From Basidiobolus meristosporus CBS 931.73 (taxonomy: Eukaryota; Fungi; Basidiobolomycota), in the NCBI GenBank assembly GCA_002104905.1, contig MCFE01000362.1, positions 23,324-87,323 on the forward strand: a DNA stretch of 64,000 nucleotides. Reading direction: 5' to 3'. A program made the translations under genes and the position numbers. The notes under the pieces were generated by a model, which did no database searches, had not been told where the DNA came from, and saw nothing but the letters and a program-made list of their open reading frames with translations. Shown piece by piece: positions 27,157 through 40,783 of this stretch. How positions within the stretch are numbered: position 1 is the stretch's first letter; the number at the start of each line of letters is the position of its first letter.

Positions 27157-27629
27157 ACTATGGCACAGTATGAGAGTATGAGGTTGGAATGCACAGTTGT
27201 GCCAACTTTGGAATATTTGTATCCTGTGTGCAACTTTATAATACTGAAATGGTAGGTATAATTAGCTCACTATGTGGGTCTTACTCTGTGCTAACATTTA
27301 ATTACAGTGCAATATAGCATCATGCATTTTTGTGGTGTAATACAAACCTGTGCATTTGGATTCAAAGTGCTGCAGGTATTGAGCACCAAATGCATGCATT
27401 TAGTCCCACTGTGTTCTTGCAAATCATGCCCAAAATTGAACTAGAAAAAGACCAAAAAATCAAATTTCTCCTGCACAGTTGGTGAAGCTTGAGTGCTACT
27501 TTGCATGAGGATGTAAAACTATGTGGCACACTCTGTGGCCTGTTGTAGCTCTGCTATGCTTCTCTGGCTCACTTTGCCATTGCTTGGCACTGGATGGCTT
27601 GATGCAGTACTGTCTAATAGAACAAGTCC
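27157..27629. mobile_element. Short non-autonomous derivative of the PHIS family
   Basis: Left part resembles 28275-28400; ends in a TIR (reverse complement GGACTTGTTCTATTAG) followed by ATT. Confidence 0.45.
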
Positions 27630-27659
27630 ATTGCTAGGCCAATACAAATCTAGTAAGAT

Positions 27660-28140
27660 ATTGGAGAAAGCTGCACAATAGGTAAGATAGTCAAGATACT
27701 TATTTATGGAGAGTATATTCAGATAGCAAGTTAATTATTGAGAGAAATGTGTCTGGAGCAGTGTGAAAAACTAATATAGCTAGTTAAGCTCTATTATGAA
27801 CCATATAAGTAGGATTGAGCAAAGATGCCCATATTGCATCCTACCACTGGTAGTGTGGCAGAATCTACAGGGCCAGATGATACTGTACAGTGCTGGAGCG
27901 GTTGTTTGCTCTAAAATGCCTGGCACTATGTGGTACTTCTTAGTGAGACAAGTCTATAATGCATCAAGCATTTTGGAGCATAGAGATGAAGATCATATAG
28001 CATCAGTATCAGATATCTTATCTGCTCATAGACTTGCAAGTAACTCCTCATTCAAATCATGTTATTGTTACTTGAGGAGCATATTTGCAACACAATGATG
28101 GGATGCCTGACAATTGATGGATACTTAATCATAATTTAAT
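27660..28140 (+). mobile_element. Fragments of the PHIS family (transposase 3' end, subterminal repeats, intergenic piece)
   Basis: Similar to 31260-31516 and to 30350-30410. Confidence 0.55.
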
Positions 28141-31100
28141 GGATTTGTTCCATCGTACTATGCCATGGCACGCGGCATGATCCGCAGTCTTTAAGAACAA
28201 TTGGGCACAATATTGTAGCTACCAGTAGGCAGGATTGCTCTTGGACAATATTGCACCATGTGTGACAATCTTGCACACTATGGCACAATCTGACACAATG
28301 AGGTTGGCACAAAAGATTGCGCCCACTTGTAATGTTTGCATCACGTGCGCAATTGAATACCACTATTATGGTAGGTAAAATCTGGTATTTGGATATGTTT
28401 CTTTAATGAAAATGGAAACAAGTGCGTATCACACTATAAACTACTCTGATACTTACCATTTTGGTTACCATCATTCCAATTAGATGGTATCTCAGTGGGT
28501 AATAGGTCCAAAAGTAACCTGAAGCTTTCAACCCCCAATTGGCTCTTTGACCAGTACACAAGCTACCTGATTTGCCAGCAAATATCCCATCTTGCCCATT
28601 AAGCAAGTAAATCCCTGATCCTAGTGATTAGACAAGGTGTCATAGGTAGCATGCAACTAATTGTAGGGGTGCAAATCAGATCAAATGGCTGCACTGGTGC
28701 CATAGATGATGTATACATATGCAGGGTGTTTACTTATTGAGGTCCTGTCTCAAATGTGAGACAACCTTAATATTGCTCATATCAAAAATTTAGTGATCAC
28801 TGATTTGCAATGGCTTGATGCGGATTGCAAAAAAAATGTGTTGTTTGGATCATTACAGATAATAGCAATTCAATGCAATTGCATCATCTTCTCCTAGGCT
28901 TTTTTCCCACATGGATTACTACTGAAGCATTTGGTAGTGATTCACTTTGCACACCTAAACTACTTTCTTGTTGACTATCCTCTTGGCTACTTATGTATTT
29001 GTAGTCAGTAATATTCTCCTAGTTGATGAGTGCAATGCTGCAGCTTGGCTGCGCTGAATTGCTCCAGATGATGCAACTGAGCTGGCCTGCAGTGCTACAT
29101 GCAGACGTGTTCTTTTACTTGCCAAAGGTTCTGGTGGTAGAGGCACTTCATGTGGGTCATCATCTGTCAGTTCACCAGAAGAGACTTGCTGATGGTCAGG
29201 TGTAATGGCACGTGCAGATGTGACTTGATGCGCTGGCATGGCCCATGGCTGAGTTCAATGTGATGCCACTTGTTGATGCAACTTGGCCCGCTCCTATGGA
29301 CTTGTGTCATTTTGGGCAGTTTGGCAGGTTCTGGTGAATTTGCTCTGAAGCGCGTGTGTTGAGCCAATATGCATTGAGTCAATGCAGGGCACTCTTGTGA
29401 AGGGTGTTGGTGTAGTTTGAACTGACGTGTGCCAGCACGCTGAAGTTGCAAGGGATGGTAAGGAATCCAGCAAGGCGTGCTGGCGCAATCTAGACAATGT
29501 TGCTTGCAGTCTGTATTCCTCCTCTTGAAGCTGACCTTCCGATTCCTCAAGGTATTCACTTACCCTCTGTCTAATACTTTGCAACTGTTGCCTGGATGAG
29601 TCCTGTATATATTGCTCTCAGAAGCCTCTTAGCTCTACTAATACATCACATAATACATTAGTCATTTGAGGCAAAAACTCATTCAAAATCTCTTTGGTTC
29701 CGAAAGTCAAGGCACAAATGGACACCTCTGGCCTGTACTGTGCAAATTGCGCATGAAATTGCTCCAGCATGGCTTCCTCATCAAATCCCCTCACTCTCAG
29801 CTCATTTCTGATTTCAATACTTGTCTTGTTATATATCATCTTACATACATCCGCTGACATCTTGATGTAGAACTTATGCCACAGCTTTCTACTTCAGGTT
29901 CTTCCATTTCTGTTAACTCTCCTAGGTATCTAGTTCTGCTAGATTAATGAGTAGTGCCCAAATATCTGCATGAAGGCTCATCAGACACTTGGGCCATACC
30001 AAAATCATTTGGCAAGAGCTCAAATGGATCCAACATTGCCATTTCCGGTCTGGACCATGCTTGCGAGCTGAGGGATGGGTTTTGTCTGGGTTGAACTAAA
30101 GATGAGTTGAGACTTGGTATAGGGACTGTAGTGATGGATTTGGATACTTATACAGTGGTGTATTTGCATCAACCTGGTCTTATAGAAAATATATATGAAA
30201 ACTAATGTGATTGTTGAATTTTCCATATATTATGCATGATGCATGTTGGATTGCATTGACATGGATCAGATCACATAAATTGCAGATTTCATATTTGATT
30301 ACAGACTTGTGAATAAGCATCAATAAAATACCCAGTCTTTGTTTGAGGATGATTTTTGCAACATAATGATGGGATACATGGCAATTGATGGATATTTAAT
30401 CATAATGCATAGAAAATTTGATAAATAAAGCTGATCACGCCAATTCAAATTGTCTCAGCCCAATCCTTTCCAATATTAATATGACTTACTCATCTGAATG
30501 GTCTTTTCTCATCAATTCCATCACCACCACTGAATTTCCTTTTGACACACTAGAGGAGATCTATACCAAGAACTGTGGCTGATCTACCCCAGTCTACTCA
30601 AGGAGATCCCTAGTTAAGCGTCTTTGCTATTACAAGAACTATTGCCCTACAAGGTTTCATCCCACCATCCAGGTCAACTAAAGTCCTAGAAGCTTTCATT
30701 CTCAGCTGACAGCAATGGAGAACCACCTTGCAGAGGGTATGTATCACTTAGAGCAAGCCTGGAGTACTAGGTTTAGAAGCTCCAATAGACTTCCATATCC
30801 CAGAGTGTTCAGCAACAGGTTCCATATAAGGAGTATTTTGGATACCTTTCCAGTCAGGATCACAGGCCTTCCAGAGGGCAGAGGCACTTTTATTCTGGCA
30901 AGTACAAGGCACACTGTGTGAAGTTTCAAGCACTGTCTGACATTGAGGGTAACATCATCTGGTTTGGTGGCCATTTGCTGGAAGTAAGCATGACAAAGCA
31001 CTCTGGGTAGAGAATTATCCAGAACTCAGTAGAGGGGAGATATGTATGGCAGACTTAGCTAATATAGGAGAGGATTGTCAGAGATTAAAATGTATTACAG

Positions 31101-31516
31101 CTTATAGGAAGCCAAGGAATGGTGTACTTAGCAGGAAACAGAAGCTCTACAATGAGATATTAAATCATTTCAGAGTGAGGGTAGAGCATACATTTGGATA
31201 TCTGAAGAAATTCAGCATATTGGCAGGTAAATAAAGTGGAAAGTCATATACAGGAGAAAACAGCAGAATAGGTAAAATAGCTAAGATACTTATCAATGCA
31301 CAGTATATTCATACAAGACAACATCCTCTGAGAGAAATGTGTCTGGAGCATTATGAAGAGTAAATAAAGCAAGGAAAGCACTCCTCTGATCAACATAAGT
31401 AAGATTGAGTAAAATTACCAGTAACTATAACCTACCACTGGCATGATGGTAGAAATTATAGTGCCAGATAGTGCCAGATCAATCTGGCACTATACAACAG
31501 GACTGGCACTATGTGG
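28141..31516. mobile_element. Two-gene PHIS (Harbinger/ISL2EU-related) DNA transposon, copy 1
   Basis: TIR GGATTTGTTCCAT at 28141 preceded by AAT; partner ORF on the minus strand (~28950-30040); DDE_Tnp_4 ORF on the plus strand (30481-31363); TAGTGCC/GGCACTA subterminal repeats 31455-31516. Membership of 28400-28950 is uncertain. Confidence 0.7.
30481..31363 (+). pseudogene. DDE_Tnp_4 transposase pseudogene
   Basis: LDTFPVRI, KYKAHCVKFQALSDIEGNIIW, SKHDKALW, MADLANIG, HFRVRVEHTFGYLKKFSIL; stops and frameshifts. Confidence 0.85.
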
Positions 31517-31619
31517 CATCTGATTCAACTAGATATCAAGTGCTAATGAGAATCTAGATCATCCTTAGTGATACACTATCAGTCTAAATCAATGACTAGG
31601 TCATCTGATGTCTCTCTAG

Positions 31620-32082
31620 CTTGAACACTTATACATGTCCTAATATAACATGTGCTCATCTGACAATATCAGATCCTTCTCTAGCTTTGATCCTATACAG
31701 GAGCTTTTGCCTTACAAGGTTTCATGCTACCACTCATATCAATAAAAATATTAGAAGCTTTCATTCCCAGCAGAGAGCAATGGAGAGCAACCTTGCAGAG
31801 GGTATGAATAACTTAGAGCAAGCTTGGAATACTAGGTATAGAAGCTCTAACTGACTTTCATATCCAAGAGTGTTCAGCTTCAGGTTCTATATCAGAAGTT
31901 TCTAGAATACCTCTTAGTGATTATTAGCAGACCTTCTAGAGCACAGCAGTACTGTTGCCCTGGAAAATACAAGGCATACTGAGTGCAGTCTCATGCCTGG
32001 TGTGAGATCAAGGGTAACATTATCTGGCTCAGTGGGACATTTGCTGGAAGTAGGCATGACAAAGCACTCCAGGTAGATAATT
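31620..32082 (+). pseudogene. Third, more decayed DDE_Tnp_4 fragment, interrupted by a Gypsy LTR
   Basis: MESNLAEGMNNLEQAWNTRYRSSN...GSRHDKAL, then TGTTACAAG at 32083. Confidence 0.75.
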
Positions 32083-33116
32083 TGTTACAAGTCTGAGTAT
32101 AATAGCTGATAAGGAATGGGGAGTTTAGATAGTATTACATTCACCAAGACCTGTACTGTTCTTTGTTGAGGTTACAGAAGCTTCTTATATACATGTTGCA
32201 AGACCAACTGCTGACTAATTGTATTTCCCACTATAGGTTGTGGGTAATGGCTCATATAGTTGCAACAGCATCACCTATTTAGATCTACCTCAATATAACC
32301 ATTCCTGTCTGAGAAGGATCTGCTAGATCATCTGCTGACTAATACTCTTGAATTGCTAGATAATACTAATATACTACTAGACGAAACTTGGGACTATTTA
32401 TTTTGACAAAAAACTGACCCATATTTAACATTTAAGTGGCATATAATAGCATTCTTTCCTCTCCTGAATCTCTTTTCTTGTAACGTAGGTATCTTTATGG
32501 CTCAGCACTGTTAGTAAGTGCTACAAGCTTGAGTCAGTCTCTATGAACTAAATCTGCTTGGAAATTCTCTTGTTTGTCTACCAATCATTAATTTGAAATG
32601 ACCATTTTCTGATGATCTTCAGTGGTTCTGTTCCTTGTGGCTCAAGCTTCTTCCCAGTGTTGTTTCTTAGCAATGCAAAGGTTGCAGCTGTCAAAGACCT
32701 TGATGATGTAGTCTTATCAAGTCTCTGCTTTATCTTTTCTGTACTCTTAGAGATCTTGACCTATGCCTCCTAACCATTTTGTTCCAATTGCTGGTGTCTG
32801 CTGGGCTGACTGAGCTCATCCTTCAAATTGTTGCAAAGTTTGGTTGTGTCAGACCTCCTGGAATACTTGGTTCATATCCATACACTAAGTAAAGTGGTAA
32901 TTGTTGGGTAGTGTTCTGCACCCTTAGTCTACTGGCAAATAGTGCTTGGTATATATACTCATCCCATCTACTTACAGCTCCATTTGCATACTTGGTCCGC
33001 ATTTTTCTGAATAGTCCATTTGACCACTCAGTAGCTCCTTTAGTTCTAGTGTGATATGTCAAAGTTTTCAAATGTTTGATCTGCTGCACTTCTATGTAGT
33101 CTTCCAAAGGGTGCAA
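32083..33116 (-). mobile_element. Truncated older Ty3/Gypsy (3' LTR plus integrase C-terminus), relative of 40784-45721
   Basis: LTR 32083-32451 resembles the young Gypsy LTR; HLKTLTYHTRTKGATEWSNGLF...WDEYIYQALFA. Confidence 0.85.
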
Positions 33117-33119
33117 TGG

Positions 33120-34035
33120 CTAAACACCAATGGCTTCCTTGAGAGCTGTTACAAGCAGAGTCAAAAGCTCCAAACAAGTGTCAAAGAGGCACCAGGTGGC
33201 TGCAAGAGTGCCAATAAGAGAAAAGCAGGTAAACACAGATGCATCTGAACAGCATATACCTAGGAAAGAGTGTTGTTTTATTCAAGAAGCACTTGGTCAA
33301 AGTAGTAGTGAAGGACCTGGCAGTGATAAAAACCAGTGGCTACCACAGGACCTTGTCACAGCATGGGCTCAGAGCTCAAAACAAGCAGGAAAGATGATTC
33401 AGGTTGCCTGCAGAGTGCCAGCAAGGGACAAGCAGGCCAAAACAGATGCATTAGAGCAGCCTTTATCAAGGAGAAAATGTAGTTCAATTCAAGAGGCACT
33501 GAGACAAAGTAGCAGTGAAAGACCTGGAAGTAATAAAGGAAAAGGTAAAGGGGAAAAGGTCTACCCAAGCCAGATGCAGGGATGCATAACAAAAAGCTGC
33601 AGTTTTTGCCAATTAATGCTCTAAGCCTGGAACAGACTGAATCCCATCATAGCCAAGAAGAGTTACCAATAAGAAAACAGCTGTCTTCACACAAGTTGGA
33701 AGCACAGCCAGCTGAGCTACACTCCCGTGAGGTAGATGAGATTGCAGAGAAAGGCCATTTGTCTACCACAGCCTCTACATCCTCCATTGTCAACAGAGTG
33801 GAGATCTCACTGACAGACAAAGCAACAATGTCATGAACTCAAAGGGCTATCATAATGCCCTAAGTAGAATTTTGGAACATTAATAGGCACACAAAGAGGT
33901 TGCAGCACTTCTTCACAAGCAGTGCTCCAGAAAGCACATTTGAATATTGCAAGGATGTATTGCAAAGACTGGCAGATGAGGTGCTAGACCTTGCAGTGCC
34001 AGCTGAAGACCAGGAAATGTGGGAACAAATATTAC
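33120..34035 (+). mobile_element. CACTA-like second-ORF fragment, fused by deletion to a Tnp2 fragment
   Basis: Repeated KQAKTDA..Q..SRRK.SSIQEAL.QSSS units; junction EDQEMWE|QILQGYKVPHSV. Confidence 0.65.
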
Positions 34036-34135
34036 AAGGCTATAAAGTACCACACTCAGTATCAATCAGGCGCAAACATATCAAATATATTGAGTGGCAA
34101 ACATTACAAGCTGCTAAGAAGCAAGGGCTGCCTTG

Positions 34136-34656
34136 TGTAATGAATAGACACAAGGCAGGAGGAAAAGCTAGGCATGGCAGGAAAGGACTTAGGTGTGGAC
34201 CATCAAGGCAAGGCAGGATTAAAGGCAAGGCTTGTTATTCAAGACCTGTGTTTATCAGACTGAGGAATACTTAAGGGGGGATAGGACTATATATACTTTT
34301 TGGCTATACTGATGCAGAGAGATATTAGCTAACACTTATGGGGTTGTGGGGTGAGGTACAGCAGCAGTGCTGGGGATAATAATATAGAAGGCAAGGCACT
34401 GAGACAGGATGGGGATATGGATTGGGTCACCTGATCATGTGACTAAGTCATGTGACCTGGTATTTCCATATATGGTACTGGACTATGAGAAATACAATGG
34501 GATGCTTACATGGAATGTTCCATTGTGTAACAATGGTTTGGAAAGGTCAGGAACTTTCTGGAAGGTGGTGGAAGGTTCCAGAAGGAATCTCTTAGAAATT
34601 AAGCTAGGAAGCTGAAACTTGGCACAGGTGTTGATGGTTGTCATGTGATCATGACA
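34136..34656. mobile_element. Solo LTR (521 bp) of a family not otherwise seen in the window
   Basis: TGTAATGA...TCATGACA termini with a perfect 5-bp TSD CCTTG (34131-34135, 34657-34661), splitting a Tnp2 coding stretch. Confidence 0.85.
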
Positions 34657-34661
34657 CCTTG

Positions 34662-37600
34662 AGGGTATGCATGACCATGCCATTGCGTTGGCCCTTGATG
34701 GATTTTCAGTAAAAAAGTGCTCTACAAGCAAATTCTGCTGCCCACTGATTCTCACCAACCCAAATCTGCCACCTATCTCATGGTATCAGAGCCAAAATCT
34801 GATGGTAGTCTCACCGGTATCTGGGCCTAAATCACCATTCAACCTGCATAGCTACCTGTATCCATTGCTGAATGAGTTTTGTATGCTTTCCAGTGAGATA
34901 GCAGTAAATGGGCATCATGTAAAAGGGCAAATTTTATGTGTTGGAGATGCTCCAGCCATCAGCAAGATAGCCAACTTTTCTGGACAATGGACAGCATTGT
35001 GTCAAATGTGTGAGACCCAGGGGACTTACTCCATAACTCACACACATCATTATTGCCCAAACACAAACACTAAGAACATCATCTTTCCACAGATAGAACC
35101 TACAGAAATCAGCATGCAATTGCAGCAAAGTTGGCAATCTATAAGCCATTGGCCAGTATATGGAATTAATTGAAACTGGAGATGCTTAAGATAAAGGGTA
35201 TCTGTTGGAGCAAAAGCTTTCCACTGGGAGCAATGCATTTGCTTTTTGACAATATCCCTTTACTGATGACCAAGCTATACATGGGGCATTTCAAGCGGTA
35301 AGAACACTTTGAGATACTGGAGAAGTTTGAAAGAATTGGCCAGATATTACAGAGTAACTGCTACCCTAAGTACTTCTCACTATCCCCAATCAATTTTCAC
35401 ACACATATGCAACAATGCAAGTGCAAGGACTGGATGAACTGAATATGTATTTATTCAAGTGGCCTTCTGAAGCTATTTCTACCAAGAGTACATTGGAATC
35501 ATTGGGAGTCATATGAGGATGCTGTATGAGTATTTATCCTGAAGTAGATCACCAATGCCAACTTGATGCATCTACAGCTTTTGTGCAAAGAGTTTGTGAT
35601 GGGATTTGAGCAGCTATACTTCAAGCATAATACAGAATGTATAGATCTCTGCTGCTACAGTATCCATTTGATACTCCATCTTGCTTAATGTGTTGAGAAT
35701 ACTGGACCTTGCTTCACCTTTTAGGAATTTCCTATAGAGTGCATGTGTGGGGAGATAGGAAGATGAGTCAACTTGCAGGCACTACCATATCTCAATCTCA
35801 TCAAGTATATTACTTTTAAGTCTGTCATAGATGTGATGAGTTGGCACATGGAGGACAATCAGGAAGAGTAGGAAACTACTGAGGACAGATGTGCACATGG
35901 AGACTCCAGCCATTAGCAAGATAGCCGGCTTTTCTGGGCTCAATGGATAGTATTGTAGTCATATGTGTGAGATCCAGGGGATTTATTTGGTAACTAACAC
36001 ACATTATAATTACCCAATTACCAACACTAAGAACATCATCTTTCTACAGAGAAAACATACCAAAGATGGCATGCAATTGCAACAAAGTTGGCAAGCTATA
36101 AGCCATTGGCCAGAATATGGAATCAATTGGAAACCAGACATACTTAAGATAGAGGGTATCTGTTGGAGCAAAAGCTTTCCACTATTAGCAATGCATTTGC
36201 TATTTAACAACTTCCTTGTTCAGATGACCAAGTTGTAAATGGGGTGTTTCAAGCTAAATGAGCCCTTTGAGATACCAAGAAAATTTGAAGGAATTGGCAA
36301 GATATTACAGAATATCTGCAAAGTGCCTGTCACAGGCACCAATCAATACTCATATGCATATGCCACATTAGAAGTGCAATGACTGCATGAGGTGGATATG
36401 TATTCATTTGAGTGGTGTTCTGAAGCCATTCCTGTCAAGAGTACACTGGAAGTATTGGGAGCCATATGTGGACATTGTAGGAATATTTTTCTGGAAGTGG
36501 ATCACCAATTCTAACTTGATGCATCTACAGCTTTTGTGCAAAGAGTCTGTGATGGGATTTGGGCAGCTATACTACAAACATAAAGCTGAGCACATAGATC
36601 TCTGCCACTGCTGTATTCATTTGCTGCTCTATCTTGCTTGGTGTGTTGAGAATTTTGGACCTTGCTTCACCTTTTGGGAGTCTCCTATGGAGTGGATGTC
36701 TGGGAAGATTGGAAGATGAGTCAAGTTGCAGATATTACTATATCCCAATCTCATCAAGATTATTACCTTTACGTCTGTCATGGATGCAATGAGCTGGCAC
36801 ATGGAGGACAGCCAGGAAGAGTTGGAAACTACTAAAGGCAGATGTGCACATGGAAATAACTATGCCTGTGGCATTAAGAAGCAAACCAGCCCCATTGCAT
36901 GAGTAATCAGTTAGGTAATGCAAAGCTGGGTTGGGTGCAACAAGCAATTAATATTTATTACAAAAACTCTACAAAGGTATGCCAGATTTCTCTTGGTCAC
37001 AAGCCAATTTATACCCCATTATTCACAGAATTCATATAAACAAGAGCCAGAATGCACCTATAATGGGGACTAGAATTCAGCAGATAGAAGGAAAATATTG
37101 GCTAAATACCGCAAAGTTCTTTACAGATATTCAGGAGGTATTCACAGCAGCATTGATGGCAACCAAGCATATGTTTGCAAGATATATATGTTACCAGCAA
37201 TACAACATATATGGCAACTTTGCAAGCATCACACTAAAAAGCCGTAAAGTCAAGGTGAAAGAAGTATGTCAAATGTGGCAGGTGTTCATGTTTGAAGAGG
37301 ATAGTAAGCAAGAGGCCATAGTACTTTTTGATTCAAACTACATGTGGAATACCCAAGGTAGCAGTGGGTAAGCAAATAAAGAGGGGTGACTCTACAGTGT
37401 AATATATGAATTGCGCAAGGGGAGGTAGAAAAAGGTGATATCATTTAGTAAATTGGTATGGTAGCATTATACAGAACTAGCTGTAGGCCACCATACTGCT
37501 GTAATAATGCCATCAGAGGCTCACAAGGAGACTGTCAAAACACCACTAAGTTTTTTGGTGTATAAGGCAAATGGATGTACAGGCTGGTTAGATCCACTCA

Positions 37601-37847
37601 AATAGTTGTTAAGTGCACTAAGACTGTAACAAAGCCATGCCACCCTTGGCAAGCTCTGTACAAACACTTTTATATTTATCAATTTTAGTGGGCTGTAAAA
37701 TTAGCAAAATGCTGTTGTGATCCTGTCACAAGATTGTATAGATTGTTATTAATTCCAAGCTGATGGTATTGTAGTGGTCTCTTGATGTGATCTTGATGGC
37801 TGTTCTGGATTAGATCCACCTCCAGGACCAAATAAATTCTCATAGGG
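34662..37847 (+). mobile_element. CACTA-like Tnp2 pseudogene(s) with internal partial duplication, ending at a terminus
   Basis: ALALDGFSVKK...PLILTNPNLPP...VSGPKSP, VGDAPAISKIANFSG, DUF4218-like FGPCFTFWESPMEWMSG; restart near 35903; terminus ...AAATTCTCATAGGG at 37847. Confidence 0.8.
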
Positions 37848-40783
37848 TTCCAGTACTCTTCCAAATATTGCAACAATATACATCATTGTAGAGTTGCCCC
37901 AATTTCTTTGCCTACCAACTACTACCATAGGTATAATACTTGCAGTTTGAGTCAAAAAACCTATGGCCTCCTGCTTACTAACCTTCACAAGCATGCACAC
38001 CCGCTGCAACTGACACACTTCCATATCCTTGACTTTACAGCTTTTCAATACAATACTTACAAAGTTTTTATATATCTTTTATTGCTGGAAACATATATAT
38101 CTTGCAAACAAATGCATGGTTGCTACCACTTTTGCCATAAATACCTCTTGAATATCTGCAAAATACTTTTTTGTACCTGGCAAGTATATTTCTTTACCAT
38201 GCTGGCTTCTAGTTCCCCTTATAAATATAAACTAGTTCTTCTTGTACAAGCTCCATATTGGATGGTGTAGAAGTTGGCTTGTACCTAACAAGAATTAGTT
38301 GCGTGTTGCATCCAACCCAAATTTGCATTACTCAACTGATTACCTATATGTTGTGATTTCATAGCTTTGTAATGCCAAAGGCACAGGTGTCTCTATGTGC
38401 ATATCAGTGCTCAGTACTTTCCAACTCTTCTTGGCTGGCCTCCATGCGCCAACTCATCACATCAATGATGAAGTTGAAGGTCATACTCTGAATGAGATTG
38501 GGATATGATAGTACCTGCAAATTAACTCATCTTCCTATCTACCAACTCATCCACTCCATAGAAAACTCCCAAAGGTAAAGCAAGGTTCAGTATTCTCCAC
38601 ACACCAAGCAAGATGAACTACAGAATGAATGCAGTGGTGGCAGAGATTTACATGATCAGCCTTAAGCTTGTAGATTAGCAACTCAGATCCTATCAAAACT
38701 GCTAGCATAAAAGCTGTAGATGCATCAAGTAGGCATTGGCAATTTGCTTCTGGTTAAATACTCACTCAATGTCATTATATGGCTCCCAATGCTTCTAAAG
38801 TACTCTGGGTAGGGATTACTTCAGAAGGCCACCTGTATAAATAGTGATCCAGTGCATCCAGTCCATTCATTTGTATAGTCATATATGAGTATAAATACCA
38901 ATGGGAACCTGTGAGAAATACTTTGGGTTTTATATTCTGTAATATCATGCCCACTTTTTCAAGCTTCTCTAGTACCTCAGTGTGCTCATGCAGCTTGAAA
39001 TGCCTCATGTGCAACTTAGTCATTAGTGTTGGGATATTGTTGAAGAGCAAATGCATGGCTTCTAGTGGAAAGCTTTTGCTCCAAAAGATTCCCTCTATCT
39101 GAAGTATCTCTGGTTTTTGATTATTTCCATATTCTGCATCTCCAGTTTCCAATTAATTCCATATTCTGGCCAATGGTTTATAACTCGCCAGCTTTGCTGC
39201 AATTGAATAGTGACTTCTGTATGTACTTACTGTGGGAATATGATGTTCTTAATGCTGGTGTTTGGATAATAATAATGTGTGAGTTATGGAGTAAATCCCC
39301 TAAATCTCACACATTTGACAGCAATAACATCCATTGTGCCACAAAAAGCTGGCTATCTTGCTGATGGCTGTGGTATCCCGAATGCAGAAAATAACATATA
39401 CTTGAACATGATAATCACTTACCAGTATCCTGCTGGATTGCAAACAAAGTTTATCTAGCAATTGATACTGGTATCAATCTGGGTTGGATAGTAAATTAGG
39501 CCAAGATATCAGTGTAAGTACCATCTTATTTTGGCTCTGGGTACTGTAAGATTGGTGGCAGATTTAAGTTGATAAAAATCAGTGGCCAGCAAGACTAGCT
39601 AGCAGAGTACTTCTTCAGTGAGAATCTATCAAGTGGCAAGGCAAAGACATGGTGATAGCTACCTTTATGGTAGCCCTTACTTCTTAGTGGTTTATAATGT
39701 TTGCCATCAAATATATTGCAAATGCCTGTGCTTGATTGGTACTGAGTGCAGTACTTTATGGCTTCACAATATTTGTCACTCTGCATGAGCTTCTTTAAGC
39801 AGGGTATTACTGGAATACATCTGAGGTGTGAATGATGTTTTCCTCCTGTGGTAGTGGATTCCTAACAAGTTGGACACTTAGTTAAATTTCTGATGTGAGT
39901 GCCATGCTATTGCTAATACATGCTGGTATCTGGACAGTTGCAGGGTTATATATAGCCAGCTGCAGGATGGTTTCCATTTGTACCAAGTACATTGTATGTT
40001 GCATCCTACAATAATTTAGGCAAGAAGTAACATTCAATCCTCAAAGCCCCCATTATGGATATTAGTGGAAATATGCCAATTCTCTAACCACAATATTGTA
40101 CTATCCACCAGTAGATGGAGCACTGAGCTCACTTGGCTCTATTAAGTATCCCTGGCATTTTCCACAGGTGTTATCTCAATCCACACTAGAATTATGATGG
40201 ACTCATGCATGGTACTGTTGTGAGGGGAGAGAGTCACTCAATCCATCAGTGGGCTGACTTCTTTAGAGCTGTCACTCTGCAGGCAATATCCAGAAAGCTG
40301 GGTTATCCTAAAGGCATAACAAACTCACCTGAGTCAGTTTGTGCAAGGTGACAAGCAGAGCTAGGTGCTGTAATGAACAAATTAAGTGACTAGCTTGATC
40401 CTGTTGGAACTGTAGTGAATGATGAATGTTCAGATATGACTTGTGTGGCTAACCACAGTCTACAATCCTTATAATACTTCCTGTGCCATCTGCATGCTCA
40501 AACATTGAGTGGCTTCTTACAATAACCACATGGTTTTTTTCCCTTCTCTTATAGTGATGAATCAAGGTAGTGCTGTCCATGGGCATACAGCTTGACACTG
40601 ATCAAGTAGTGCTATTATATCACTTTTTGATCATCACCTATGTGATTTCAAGACAGTCTTGCATTTCAAAAATTGCACCTACATGAATGTAATGTTAAAT
40701 GATGACCTACCATAATAATTATCATATATAAAGCTGTGGCACCATATACACACATATATGTAGTACTATTTCCCACTTAGTAA

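Noticed and set aside
31455-31516. Short repeated motifs as a CRISPR-like array
   Set aside because: 7-10 bp motifs in both orientations without unique spacers; transposon subterminal repeats in a eukaryote.
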